From NCBI GenBank assembly GCA_024409055.1, contig JAKSUL010000002.1, positions 20,217 through 84,216 on the forward strand: 64,000 bases of DNA, written 5' to 3'. The translations under genes were made by a program, and so were the position numbers. The notes beneath the pieces are model-generated. The model saw only the letters and a program-made list of their open reading frames with translations, had not been told where the DNA came from and ran no database searches. Of this stretch, positions 29,342 through 39,672 are shown piece after piece; the first letter of the stretch is position 1, and the number at the start of each line of letters is the position of its first letter. Source of the DNA: Bacilli bacterium (GTDB taxonomy: Bacteria; Bacillota_I; Bacilli_A; RFN20; CAG-826).

Positions 29342-30037
29342 TTATGATTTTTTGAAGCGTAGGACCACGTGGAGGGAACGATAGATCAAGAACACGAAGA
29401 TGAAGACTACGAAATCTTTTAACGCGTTGAACGGAAGGACGCACAAAAGGGCATACGACCACTGAATGTCGCTGATGGCGGGTATCGCTTTTTGCATCAT
29501 CGACAAAAGGGCGGAAATCGGATACCCCATAACGTTTGAATAAAATGGGATCATCACGTAAACATTGAGGAACATCGCCACCACTATTTGAACAGCCGAG
29601 GAGATCAAAAAGCCAACTACCGCCCCTTTAAGAGTGCGGTGTTTTTTATAAATCAGGCACGACGTAACAACGAAAACGCTCGAAAGAATGAGATCAGTCC
29701 ATTCGCCTACTGTCAATGTGGATGTAAACGGAAGCTTGATAAAAGTCTTTACCAACAAGACGGCAATCGCAGCGACAGGGCCATATGCATAGCCGCAGAT
29801 GAAAGCTGGAACTTCATCAAAATGAATGGACAAAAACGAGGGGAATATCGGCAGTTTGATATTGAATATCGGGACGACATAAAGAATCGTGGAGATCGCT
29901 CCGAATACGGCGACTCTAGCCATAAATCTAATTGGATTAAAATCGCTCTCTTTCTTATTAAAACGACCATAAACCTTAATTGTTAAAACTATCAAAAGGA
30001 TGAATCCGATAATGGTTAGAATCGACGTCAAATCCAT
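29342..30037 (-). CDS. ribU: ECF transporter S component for riboflavin
   Basis: LSIHFDEVPAFI, multi-TM profile, FNALK; directly under an FMN riboswitch. Confidence 0.85.
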   Translation of the reverse strand: MDLTSILTIIGFILLIVLTIKVYGRFNKKESDFNPIRFMARVAVFGAISTILYVVPIFNIKLPIFPSFLSIHFDEVPAFICGYAYGPVAAIAVLLVKTFIKLPFTSTLTVGEWTDLILSSVFVVTSCLIYKKHRTLKGAVVGFLISSAVQIVVAMFLNVYVMIPFYSNVMGYPISALLSMMQKAIPAISDIQWSYALLCVLPFNALKDFVVFIFVFLIYRSLHVVLRFKKS

Positions 30038-30070
30038 AAAAGAAAAACCCCACTGCTACGCAAACAGGGG
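30038..30070 (-). terminator. Expression-platform terminator of the FMN riboswitch
   Basis: Minus strand CCCCCTG-TTTGCGTAG-CAGTGGGG followed by TTTTTCTTTT before the ribU start. Confidence 0.65.
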
Positions 30071-30082
30071 GACCAATAACGC

Positions 30083-30206
30083 ATTCTTTAATTCCGGACT
30101 TTACCGTTGGCCCCGGAATTTCACCGGATCATGCCATCTCTTTTTTTGAGACAGCTCGCGGGCTTTACCGCCAGTCGACGTAATTCTCGTCGCCCTGAAG
30201 CATCTT
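30083..30206 (-). promoter_or_regulatory. FMN riboswitch (RFN element)
   Basis: CTTCAGGGCG...ACTGGCGGTAAAGCCCGCGA...GATCCGGTGAAATTCCGGGGCCAACGGTAAAGTCCGGAATTAAAGAA. Confidence 0.93.
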
Positions 30207-30270
30207 CATTATAGACTTGTTCAGGTAGTTGCAAAGAAAAATAAAACCCGCTTTTCGGCGGGTCTATTTC

Positions 30271-30972
30271 TTATAGAGGCTTGCTAACGATTTCCGCCCA
30301 GCTTCTTGGGAAGTGTTTAGCGGTCTTCTGACATTTTTTGATGAAGATATTAATCCTTAAATCATGGTCTGTCGGAAGAGTTTCCCTTTGAAGTTTTTCA
30401 ACTTTGGATTCCATTTTCCTAAGAGCGGTTTTGCATTCGGCAATTTCTTCTTCCGCTTTAGCGGATTTCATAGCAAGGACATACCCACCAACTTTAACTA
30501 GAGGCGTAACGACCTCAAGGATTGTGCTCAAGGAGGAGAAAGCCCTAGCGGTTCCAACGTCAAATTTCTCGCGGAAAGATTTTAAGACCTCAACACGCGA
30601 ATTAACGGGATTGAGATTATCCAAACCAAGTTTTTCCTTTAAGCCGCAGATGAAGTCATATTTTTTCTTAGTGGCATCAATGCAGGTGACTTGAAGAGTC
30701 GGGTACATAATGGCGAGCACAACGCCAGGGAAGCCGGCTCCAGAGCCGACATCGACAAGAGTTTTCCCTTCGAAGTCGTACGCTTTGCACGGAAGAAGAC
30801 AATCAAGGAAGTGCTTTTCAATGATTCCCGGCTCATCTTTTATGGCCGTTAAGTTCATGACCTTGTTCGTTTCCACGAGGGTCGTAGCGTAGATTTTGAG
30901 TTTGGAAAGCTTGTCCTCATCAAGAGGAATGTTGTTTTCTTGGCAGTACGTGAATAGTTCTTCGTAGGTCAT
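30271..30972 (-). CDS. rsmG: 16S rRNA m7G527 methyltransferase
   Basis: MNLTAI, KHFLD, DVGSGAGFPG, TARA. Confidence 0.95.
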   Translation of the reverse strand: MTYEELFTYCQENNIPLDEDKLSKLKIYATTLVETNKVMNLTAIKDEPGIIEKHFLDCLLPCKAYDFEGKTLVDVGSGAGFPGVVLAIMYPTLQVTCIDATKKKYDFICGLKEKLGLDNLNPVNSRVEVLKSFREKFDVGTARAFSSLSTILEVVTPLVKVGGYVLAMKSAKAEEEIAECKTALRKMESKVEKLQRETLPTDHDLRINIFIKKCQKTAKHFPRSWAEIVSKPL

Positions 30973-32846
30973 AGTTTGCCATCCCTTTTCATTGTAAGAA
31001 TCAAAATAGAAATATCGGCTGGATTAACGCCAGGGATCCTTGAAGCTTGGGCGATGGTCTTTGGTTGGACGACGTTAAGCTTCTGTCTGGCCTCTAATCT
31101 TAAGCCCTCGACTTTAAGATAATCGGTAGGGGTCGGCAATTCCATATCTTCTTGACGAAGAATTTCGGACGCCTCTCTTTCTTCTTTCTTGATATAGCCT
31201 TCGTATTTAACCCTAGCTTCCAAAGCCAAAATGGATTCGTCATCAAGCGGAAGAGGATCCAATTCTCTCATAAGAGGCGCTATTTCCTTATAGGAATAAT
31301 GAGGACGTTTAAGGACTTCATATCCTTTTAGTCCTTCATTGGTCGTAGGCGATCCCTTCTTTTCAAAGAGGGCATTAAGCCCTACTTTATCTCCAACATT
31401 TGTTGTCGACAAAACGCGGATAACCTCTTCTATCCTTTGATATTTAGCTTCGAACGCAGCGAAATCTTCATCGCTAATAAGGCCTAAATCATGGCCGTAT
31501 TTCGTCAAACGCAAATCGGCATTGTCGTGGCGGAGCAAAAGACGATATTCCGCTCTAGAAGAAAGAAGACGATATGGCTCATCGGTTCCTTTGGTGACCA
31601 AATCGTCGATCATGACGCCGATATAGGATTCGTTTCTTTTCAAGACGAAAGGTTTCTTTCCTTTGACGAACAAAGCGGCATTTATACCAGCCATAAGGCC
31701 AAGTCCGGCCGCTTCTTCGTAACCGGAAGTTCCGCAAATTTGTCCGGCACCATATAGTCCTTTTTTGGATTTCACGGCCAACGTGTTATCAAATTGGAGC
31801 GGTTCTATCGCATCGTATTCGATTTGATAAGCGTATTTAAGAAGGACGGCATTTTCTAATCCCGGTAGAGAGTGGACCATCTCGACTTGGACCTCGTGAG
31901 GCATAGCGGTCGAGAATCCTTGAAGATAAATCGAATTTCCGTTTTCGGTTTCAGGCTCTAAGAAAAGCTGATGACGCTCTTTGTCGGCGAAGCGAACGAC
32001 CTTGCTTTCTATGGACGGGCAATAACGAGGCCCGGCCGAATTGATAACGCCATTAAACAATGCACTGTTCGGAAGGTTATCAGTGATGATTTTGTGAGTT
32101 TCTGCGGTTGTGTAAATTAAGTAACACGGGAGTTGTTTTTCTAAAGGCGTGTATTCTTTTGTTCTAAAAGAAAATGCGTATTTTGCATCGGTGCCCGGTT
32201 CAATTTCCGCTTTAGAAAAATCAATGGAAGCTTTATCTAAACGAGGCGGGGTGCCTGTTTTAAGCCTCCAGGTTTTTACGCCGATTTTATTTAGGCTTTT
32301 GGTTAGACCGAGTGAAGCTTTTTCTCCATCAGGTCCACCATCGTGAACATCTCTTCCTGAGATGATACGACCATTCAAATATGTGCCGGTCGTGACGATT
32401 ACGGCCTTCGAAGCGATTCTTTCACCAGTAGATGTGATGACGCCTTTAACTGTGTCTCCATCCATTATGAAATCAACGACCTCGCACTCTTTGATGTCGA
32501 GATTCGGAGTCGCTTTCAGTAGGGTTTGAACATAAGCCGGATAGCCGTACTTATCTTGCTGGGTGCGAAGACATTGAACGCCAGGTCCTTTGCCCGTGTT
32601 TAACATCTTTACCTGTAGAGGATGATGATCAGCCGCTAAGCCCATCAAACCACCCAACGCATCAATTTCACGGACAACGACGCCTTTGGCGCTTCCGCCA
32701 ATATGGGGATTGCACGGCATATTGCCGATCATTTTTTCATTTAGGGTGCACAAAAGAACCTTAAGTCCCATCAGTGCGGGGGCGTGACTGGCCTCAACGC
32801 CAGCGTGTCCACCGCCGATTACGATTACATCGTATTCGACGTTCAT
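30969..32846 (-). CDS. mnmG: tRNA uridine-5-carboxymethylaminomethyl modification enzyme MnmG
   Basis: IGGGHAG, MPCNPHIGG, RLKTGTPPR, GPRYCPSIE, SRAEYRL. Confidence 0.97.
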   Translation of the reverse strand: MNVEYDVIVIGGGHAGVEASHAPALMGLKVLLCTLNEKMIGNMPCNPHIGGSAKGVVVREIDALGGLMGLAADHHPLQVKMLNTGKGPGVQCLRTQQDKYGYPAYVQTLLKATPNLDIKECEVVDFIMDGDTVKGVITSTGERIASKAVIVTTGTYLNGRIISGRDVHDGGPDGEKASLGLTKSLNKIGVKTWRLKTGTPPRLDKASIDFSKAEIEPGTDAKYAFSFRTKEYTPLEKQLPCYLIYTTAETHKIITDNLPNSALFNGVINSAGPRYCPSIESKVVRFADKERHQLFLEPETENGNSIYLQGFSTAMPHEVQVEMVHSLPGLENAVLLKYAYQIEYDAIEPLQFDNTLAVKSKKGLYGAGQICGTSGYEEAAGLGLMAGINAALFVKGKKPFVLKRNESYIGVMIDDLVTKGTDEPYRLLSSRAEYRLLLRHDNADLRLTKYGHDLGLISDEDFAAFEAKYQRIEEVIRVLSTTNVGDKVGLNALFEKKGSPTTNEGLKGYEVLKRPHYSYKEIAPLMRELDPLPLDDESILALEARVKYEGYIKKEEREASEILRQEDMELPTPTDYLKVEGLRLEARQKLNVVQPKTIAQASRIPGVNPADISILILTMKRDGKL

Positions 32847-32851
32847 TTCGT

Positions 32852-34249
32852 CTAACCTACCGATCCAGCCATATCGAGTTTAATGAGTTGGTTAAGCTCG
32901 ACGGCATATTCCATAGGGAGTTCTTTCGAGAACGGCTCGATGAATCCCATGACTATCATCTGGGTGGCATCTTTTTCATTTAAGCCACGGCTCATTAAAT
33001 AGAAGAGCTGCTCTTCACTGATTTTCGAAACGGTGGCTTCGTGTTCAATGAAAGAGGTCGCGTTTTTGATTTCGTTTGTTGGGATAGTATCTGATTTAGA
33101 GATGTCATCGAGAATCAAAGTGTCACATTCGACGTGAGCCTTCGAGTTTTCGGCACCCTTTTCTAAACGCACGGTACCCCTATAATTGGCAACTCCACCG
33201 CCTCTTACGATGGATTTGGAAATAATCGTGCTCGAGGTATTCTTGCCTTGGTGAATCATTCTAGCCCCGGCGTCCTGGAACTGTCCCTTGCCTGCGACGG
33301 CAATTGAAATGCAAATTCCTTTGGCCCTATCGCCATGGAGAATGCAAGCCGGATACTTCATGTTGAGCATGGATCCAACGTTTCCGTCGATCCATTCCAT
33401 TAGACCATCTTCTTCGACATAAGCCCTCTTAGTAACGAGGTTTACAATGTTATTGCTCCAGTTTTGGACTGTGCTATAGCGGACGTGAGCTCCTTTTCCG
33501 ACATAGATCTCAACGACTGCGGCGTGAAGAGATTCTTTGGAATATATCGGGGCCGTGCATCCTTCGACGTAATGGACGTCGGCGCCGTCATCGGCGATGA
33601 TCAACGTTCTTTCGAACTGACCGGACTTCTCGTTGTTAATACGGAAATAGGATTGAAGCGGTTTTTCAAGCTTCACTCCTTTTGGAACGTAGATAAAAGA
33701 CCCGCCCGACCAAACCGCTCCATTCAAAGCGGTGTATTTGTTGTCGGCGAACGGAACAATCGTGCCGAAGTATTTCTTAAAAATCTCCGGATATAGTTTT
33801 AAAGCCATATCGGTCGAGAGGAAAATAACGCCTTTATCTTCGACTTCCTTAAGCATGTTGTGATAGACAACTTCCGACTCATATTGAGTCGAAACGCCGG
33901 CCAAATACTTTTGCTCGGCTTCAGGAATGCCCAGCTTTTGGAATGTATTCTTGATGGTTTCAGGAACTTTGTCCCAGCTCTTTTCTTCTTTATTTGATGG
34001 ACGAGTGAAATATGTGTATGAATCGTAATCAAGTCCAGAAAGATCGGGTCCGTATTTCGGAAGAGGCATCTTCACGAAAGCGCGATACGCCTTGAGGCGG
34101 AACTCGGTCATCCATTCAGGTTCTCCCTTCAAGGAAGAGATTTCGCGAACAATGTCTTCGTTAAGGCCTTTGCCCGTATTCAAAACGGTGGTGTCTTTGT
34201 CTTTGAACCCGTATTTGTAGTCTTTTTCCAAGAAATCGGTGTCTGCCAT
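32852..34249 (-). CDS. sufB: Fe-S cluster assembly protein SufB
   Basis: [29 protein letters not shown]; start reassigned to MADTDF. Confidence 0.96.
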   Translation of the reverse strand: MADTDFLEKDYKYGFKDKDTTVLNTGKGLNEDIVREISSLKGEPEWMTEFRLKAYRAFVKMPLPKYGPDLSGLDYDSYTYFTRPSNKEEKSWDKVPETIKNTFQKLGIPEAEQKYLAGVSTQYESEVVYHNMLKEVEDKGVIFLSTDMALKLYPEIFKKYFGTIVPFADNKYTALNGAVWSGGSFIYVPKGVKLEKPLQSYFRINNEKSGQFERTLIIADDGADVHYVEGCTAPIYSKESLHAAVVEIYVGKGAHVRYSTVQNWSNNIVNLVTKRAYVEEDGLMEWIDGNVGSMLNMKYPACILHGDRAKGICISIAVAGKGQFQDAGARMIHQGKNTSSTIISKSIVRGGGVANYRGTVRLEKGAENSKAHVECDTLILDDISKSDTIPTNEIKNATSFIEHEATVSKISEEQLFYLMSRGLNEKDATQMIVMGFIEPFSKELPMEYAVELNQLIKLDMAGSVG

Positions 34250-34686
34250 TATTCGCCTTTCTTGACCAAACTCTGAAGAGCGTCCCATCCGATGGTCGCG
34301 CAGTGGATTCTCGCCGGCTGTTTAGAAGTGTTCATAAACGCTAGCGCCTCATCCAAAACGGAGTCATCGTAAGGCTCTTCGTGGATCATGTGATTGTATT
34401 GTTCGATGATGTAATCGGCTTGTTCTTTCGTGTTTCCGATCAAAAGATCACACACGATATCGGTGGAAGCGGTCGAAATGGCGCAAGCGACGCCATCCCA
34501 AAGAGCATCCACGACCTTGCCGTTTTCTTCTTTGATATAAACATCGATGTCGTCGATGCAGTTGACGGTGGAAGAGTGAGTGGAAATATAGCCTTCGCCC
34601 GTCGGCTTGGCTTGATGCCTCGGAGAGGAATAATGGGACATGAGGAGTTCCCTCATCATCTGGGGTGTTAACTCAAAAATAGGCAT
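34249..34686 (-). CDS. sufU: SUF system sulfur-transfer/scaffold protein SufU
   Basis: [19 protein letters not shown]; operon position. Confidence 0.9.
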   Translation of the reverse strand: MPIFELTPQMMRELLMSHYSSPRHQAKPTGEGYISTHSSTVNCIDDIDVYIKEENGKVVDALWDGVACAISTASTDIVCDLLIGNTKEQADYIIEQYNHMIHEEPYDDSVLDEALAFMNTSKQPARIHCATIGWDALQSLVKKGE

Positions 34687-35902
34687 CGAGATAATTACCT
34701 CCGTTCTTTACGGCATCGGCCAAAACGTCGATGTCTTCTTTGCTGGTATAGAAATAGAAACTAGCCCTTACGGTGGCCGGAGTCTTTAAGAAACCGGTCA
34801 ATATCTTGGCACAGTGAAGGCCAGATCTAACGGCTATTCCTTTGCTATTTAAATAAGTAGCGGCATCCTGAGCGAATACGCCGTCGATATTGAACGTGAC
34901 GATTCCGGATTCGCTGTTCTCGTTATAGATAGTTACATTGCCACACTCTTTAAGCTTTTTGACCGCGTATTGCTTTAATTCTTTTTCGTAGGATTCGATG
35001 TTATCCATCCCGACTTGTTCAAGATATTCGATCGCGGCTTTTAGACCAAAGATGCCCTCAAGGTTTTGGGTTCCGGCTTCAAAACGAGCCGGAGGTTCTA
35101 AAAGGGTGACGTCCCCGCACATACCGAACTTAGCGTTATTGCCGCCTCCGGTGATATACGCATCCGTTTTGCAAAGCAAATCGTATTTCCCATAAAGGAT
35201 GCCAATGCCAGTCGGGCCGCACATTTTGTGACCGCTGAAGCAAAGGAAATCACAATCCAAATCCACGACATCCGTCTTAACATGAGGAACAGATTGGGCA
35301 CCATCAACAACAATTATGGCACCATGCTTATGGGCGACTTCCGCAAGTTTTTTAACGGGGGCGTGATAGCCTAAAACGTTTCCAATAGCGGCAATAGAGA
35401 CAATTTTTGTCTTGCTTGAAATAACCTTCTCGAGGTTTTCGGGAGTTATTCTTCCTTCTTCATCAAGCGGAATGAATCCGACTTTGCAGCCGATCATCTT
35501 CGCGACTTGATACCACGGAAGAACGTTTGAGGCATGCTCGGCCTCCGTAATCAAAATCTCATCTTCGGAGGTGAGATTGTTTGTTGCATATCCGAAGGCG
35601 ATTAGGTTCATCGAGGCGGTGTCGCCGGCGGTGAAAACCACTTCTTTCTCTTGAGCGTTGATGAATTTGGCGACGGTCTTTCTTGTCTCGGCGACCATTT
35701 GGTCGACCGCGTAGCAAAGGTCGTAATCCCCACGGTGGGAATTCGCGTTCATCTTCGTGTAATACATAGAGACGGCTTCAAGAACTGAATCGGGTTTGAA
35801 CGTCGTAGAGGAACTATCGAGCCAAACCAAAGGTTTGCCTTGCATCAAAATATTATTTCGATACATCGGGAAATCTTCTCTGATTTTCTTGACGTCAATC
35901 AT
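34673..35902 (-). CDS. sufS: Cysteine desulfurase SufS
   Basis: DGAQSVPH, FSGHKMCGPTG, RSGLHCA. Confidence 0.93.
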   Translation of the reverse strand: MIDVKKIREDFPMYRNNILMQGKPLVWLDSSSTTFKPDSVLEAVSMYYTKMNANSHRGDYDLCYAVDQMVAETRKTVAKFINAQEKEVVFTAGDTASMNLIAFGYATNNLTSEDEILITEAEHASNVLPWYQVAKMIGCKVGFIPLDEEGRITPENLEKVISSKTKIVSIAAIGNVLGYHAPVKKLAEVAHKHGAIIVVDGAQSVPHVKTDVVDLDCDFLCFSGHKMCGPTGIGILYGKYDLLCKTDAYITGGGNNAKFGMCGDVTLLEPPARFEAGTQNLEGIFGLKAAIEYLEQVGMDNIESYEKELKQYAVKKLKECGNVTIYNENSESGIVTFNIDGVFAQDAATYLNSKGIAVRSGLHCAKILTGFLKTPATVRASFYFYTSKEDIDVLADAVKNGGNYLDAYF

Positions 35903-36579
35903 CAGATTCCCTCCTCAATGGCGTTATCAATCCTCTTTAAAAGATCTTCGTCTTTGAAGTACTGTTCAATCGGTTTTAGATATCCCAAAGTAATTAAACG
36001 CTTGGCGTTTTCTTCGGAAATTCCCCTACTTTGGAGATAGAACAAATGGTTTTCGTTAAGCCTTCCGACAATAGCGGCGTGGCTAGCCTGAACATCGTTT
36101 TCGTCGATGCATAAAGAAGGGCTGCAGCGTCCATCAGAATTAGGATCGAAAACAATGATTTTAGCGGACTGCCTAGTGCTAGATGACTTAGCTCCGTTAT
36201 TGATGCGGGAAACGCCGGTGAAAACAAGGCGGCTTTGATCACGTGTAATACCGTAATTGTTCATTTCCGCAGTGGTGTGTTTGGCGACATGGAGGACGCT
36301 TGCGTCAACGACTTTGTCGTCGTTTTCTCTTGCCAAAGACGAAAGGTTCCAATTGCATTCGGCACCTTCCTCTAAGAGTTCAACATCGATTACAAATTTA
36401 CCTTTTCCTCTGGAGAAATCGGCAAAAGAAGCGTTCACGTGTCCGTCTTTTTCGACAAGAATACGTATTTTTGCGGTCGGGAATGTATCAAAGGCGGCCA
36501 AATTCAAAACCAAAGAATCACCGGCTTTGACGGTGAGTTCCATGTCTTTGATTTCTTTATCAACAAGTGAGATGTTCAT
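35902..36579 (-). CDS. sufD: SufD-like protein, short (225 aa)
   Basis: PSLCIDENDVQASHAA...LFYLQSRGI; operon position. Confidence 0.85.
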   Translation of the reverse strand: MNISLVDKEIKDMELTVKAGDSLVLNLAAFDTFPTAKIRILVEKDGHVNASFADFSRGKGKFVIDVELLEEGAECNWNLSSLARENDDKVVDASVLHVAKHTTAEMNNYGITRDQSRLVFTGVSRINNGAKSSSTRQSAKIIVFDPNSDGRCSPSLCIDENDVQASHAAIVGRLNENHLFYLQSRGISEENAKRLITLGYLKPIEQYFKDEDLLKRIDNAIEEGI

Positions 36580-36582
36580 CTC

Positions 36583-37407
36583 TTATTTTCCTTTTGTGGC
36601 CTCGTGGGTAGCGCAGATTCCAATGGACTGTTGGCTCATCGGCTTCTCGTCTTTTTCGATTTCGATTCCGAGTTCTTCCTTGATCCATTCATATCCCTTG
36701 GTATCGATTTTTGTAATGATTTCCGGTCCGCCCTCAACAGCGATTTTTCCATTGACCATAACAGCGGATCTTGTCGGGGAGATCATGTCATAAAGACGGG
36801 CATAGTGTGAAATGACAAGGAATCCGCGACCGGCGGCTTGTTCTTCACGGATGGCCTGGGCGACGATTTGCATGGCATCGACGTCAAGTCCGGAATCTAT
36901 TTCGTCAAGAAGGGCGAACTTCGGTTTAAGAAGTTTCATCTGGAGAATTTCGTTTCTCTTCTTTTCTCCACCGGAGAAACCTTCATTGAGGTTGCGGGTG
37001 CTCATCTCGAAAGGAATGCCCATATCTTTGTAGGCTTTTTCGACAGAACGATAGAACTCAAATAAGCTCATCGGCTTTTCGCGATGGGCATTCATGGAGG
37101 CTTTGAGGAAGTCTGCGCTGTTGACGCCTGGGATTTCGGCCGGATATTGCATGGCGAGGAATAGACCGGCTTTCGATCTCTTATCGACGCTCATGGCCAA
37201 AACATCTTCTCCATCGAGAGTGATGCTTCCGTCCGTGACGGTATAGTTCGGGTTGCCCATGATGGCGGCCAAAAGGGTCGATTTTCCGTGACCATTCGGG
37301 CCTAAAAGAGCCAATGTTTCATTGTCGTTAATTGTGAGGTTAACCCCTTTGAGGATTTCCTTGGATCCGACGGAAACGTGGAGATTTTTTATTACTAATG
37401 TGGACAT
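36583..37407 (-). CDS. sufC: Fe-S cluster assembly ATPase SufC
   Basis: GPNGHGKST, FSGGEKKRNE, LDEIDSGLD. Confidence 0.96.
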   Translation of the reverse strand: MSTLVIKNLHVSVGSKEILKGVNLTINDNETLALLGPNGHGKSTLLAAIMGNPNYTVTDGSITLDGEDVLAMSVDKRSKAGLFLAMQYPAEIPGVNSADFLKASMNAHREKPMSLFEFYRSVEKAYKDMGIPFEMSTRNLNEGFSGGEKKRNEILQMKLLKPKFALLDEIDSGLDVDAMQIVAQAIREEQAAGRGFLVISHYARLYDMISPTRSAVMVNGKIAVEGGPEIITKIDTKGYEWIKEELGIEIEKDEKPMSQQSIGICATHEATKGK

Positions 37408-37644
37408 ATGCGCTTATCTCCTCCTTAAAGCGTTCACTATTCTAATGAATGAAAATCGAGCATACAACAAATGTAGTAAGTATTTTTTCATAAAGCGCAA
37501 AGATTCATCTTTGAAGAGAAAACGTCAAAGGATTAGCAAATCCAAACGGCATGATAAAAGTTTCGTCGAAAATATCCGTATTGTAATAACAATACAACAC
37601 TAGTAGAATTATCGCGCTATGTCCAAAGGAGGGAGTAACCCTAT

Positions 37645-39672
37645 ATGAAGAAAGCAAAACTCACCCTCGCTCTTGTGGCTGGCCTCGTTGGAACGATTGG
37701 TCTATCGTCCTGTAACGAAGTCACTTACAACGAAGGGGTCGTGCTGACATATGTGGACGCTTCTGGAAACCGCCAGAACTACACCGCCAAGGAACTTCTC
37801 GGGGAGTACGAGAAAGGATCCGGCGCCGCCAGCACCAGTTTCGACAAAGTGTATGAGCTTCTCATCCGTAACTACTATAACGGAACGAAGAAAGACGAGC
37901 TTAACTCGATCAACAAAGAAGCCAACAACCAAGTCAACGGTTTAAAGAACCAGGCCGATGAAAATGCCAACTCCAACGGCACCACCTATCAGGAAGAATT
38001 CGAAAAGATTCTTTCCTCCAATGGTGTCGATACCGAGAGCGAGCTCTTCAGCCTTAAACAGTACGAGATCGAAAAAGAACGTTTCGAAGCCGATTTCTAC
38101 TACAACAACCTTGAGACCATGAGAGATGGTTCCGTCCTCGAAACCGCCACCGCTGCCGAAGAGGCTATCTGGGGCAAGAACGATGAAGGATACCTTCTCA
38201 GCAAGATGCCTTACCACGTCAGGCACATCTTGGTCAAAGTCAGCGCCGCCAACGGTGCCCTCACTCAAGGCAAGATCACCGAAAGCGAAGCCAAGAACCT
38301 CGCCACCGTCATCAAGCTCTTAGCCGGTGAAGGAGCCAGCGAAACCAATCCTCGTCAGACCTTTGGTGCCATCGCTGCCACCTATTCCGAAGACGGTTCC
38401 AACAAGATCTACGGTGACCTTAAGATCATGGACAAAGACACCTCGTTCGTTAACGAGTTCAAACTCGGTGTCTTCGCTTACGACGCTCTTTACAACAAAA
38501 CCACCACTGAATACAGAACCGCGAACAAAGATCGCCTTCTCCCGACCGACACAGAAAACACTGTTCTCGTCGGTGGAGTCGAGACCCCTGTCAAAGACGT
38601 ATTCACTGATGGCGAAGAAGATGACGACGGAAACCGCACTGGTATCGGACAAATCCCGTACGGAGCCGCCATCGCCTTGTTAGACGCTGCCGAAGAAACC
38701 GGAAGCAAACTTGCCTACAAGGTTAACGACGGAAACGAAGTCTTCTATCCGCGTAACGTTTTATTCAATAAGTATTTCAACAAGCACAACGTCTGCGTTA
38801 TCACTCCCCGCGACGTTGACTACAACCTCAGGGATGGATCTTCCGGAACAGTCGCCGGAACCGAAGTCCATGACGAGAAATACAACGGCGTTCCTAGCGC
38901 CACCTATGCCGCTCTCCCGGGATTCCAGCGCGATACCACCGGAATCGTTGAACTCCACACCGGTGAGAACGTCTTAACCAACAGCGAAGGACAAATCGTC
39001 CTCGCCGTCAGGGCCGGATCTTCCGGATCCTACGAAGGCGTCCACTTCATCGTCGTCGATCGTTCCGCTCTTGACCTATACGGAAGCAAACTCGAAGACG
39101 GCAAAGCCTTAACCGAAGTCACCACCACCGCTAAAGAAGCCTCCGGCGTTTACACCGAAAACAGGGCCAACCTCAGCGATTACTACAACACCTACGATCC
39201 GAGCAACGCCAAATATCCGTCATACGCTATTCCGGACGGACTCGAAAAGCTCACCACCTTCGTCAACCGTTGGAAACAGCAGTCGACCGAATGGAAGTCC
39301 AGGGCTAACGAAGTTGTCTCCGCCATCAAGGGATACAATTCCAACATGAGCAGCTACATCTTCGAGAAACTCGTCCTTGGCGAGTACGGAGACGGCGCCA
39401 AGATCACCTTCAAAGACGAGAACGTCCAGAAATTGGTCGAATCCTACGTCAAAGAGAAGAGGGTCAAGACCGCTAGCGACAGCGAGAATTCTTGGGAAGA
39501 AACCTGGAAGACCTACGCTGAATACCTCATCCACCAGGAAGAAATCCGTAAAGGAAACGGCAAAGGAACCGGAGAATTGATCTCCGAAACCTGCGCTATC
39601 GGATACCTCACCGCCGACGCTCAGAACGAGACCGGTGTTTGGGCCAAAGGAGGTGCCTGCTATGGCAAATAA
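37645..39672 (+). CDS. Large lipoprotein with a parvulin/PrsA-like PPIase motif
   Basis: Lipobox LSS-C; YHVRHILVK...FGAIAATYSEDGS...GDL...FVNEF rotamase-like motifs; next to hit and yhaM as prsA is in Bacillus. Confidence 0.7.
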   Translation: MKKAKLTLALVAGLVGTIGLSSCNEVTYNEGVVLTYVDASGNRQNYTAKELLGEYEKGSGAASTSFDKVYELLIRNYYNGTKKDELNSINKEANNQVNGLKNQADENANSNGTTYQEEFEKILSSNGVDTESELFSLKQYEIEKERFEADFYYNNLETMRDGSVLETATAAEEAIWGKNDEGYLLSKMPYHVRHILVKVSAANGALTQGKITESEAKNLATVIKLLAGEGASETNPRQTFGAIAATYSEDGSNKIYGDLKIMDKDTSFVNEFKLGVFAYDALYNKTTTEYRTANKDRLLPTDTENTVLVGGVETPVKDVFTDGEEDDDGNRTGIGQIPYGAAIALLDAAEETGSKLAYKVNDGNEVFYPRNVLFNKYFNKHNVCVITPRDVDYNLRDGSSGTVAGTEVHDEKYNGVPSATYAALPGFQRDTTGIVELHTGENVLTNSEGQIVLAVRAGSSGSYEGVHFIVVDRSALDLYGSKLEDGKALTEVTTTAKEASGVYTENRANLSDYYNTYDPSNAKYPSYAIPDGLEKLTTFVNRWKQQSTEWKSRANEVVSAIKGYNSNMSSYIFEKLVLGEYGDGAKITFKDENVQKLVESYVKEKRVKTASDSENSWEETWKTYAEYLIHQEEIRKGNGKGTGELISETCAIGYLTADAQNETGVWAKGGACYGK

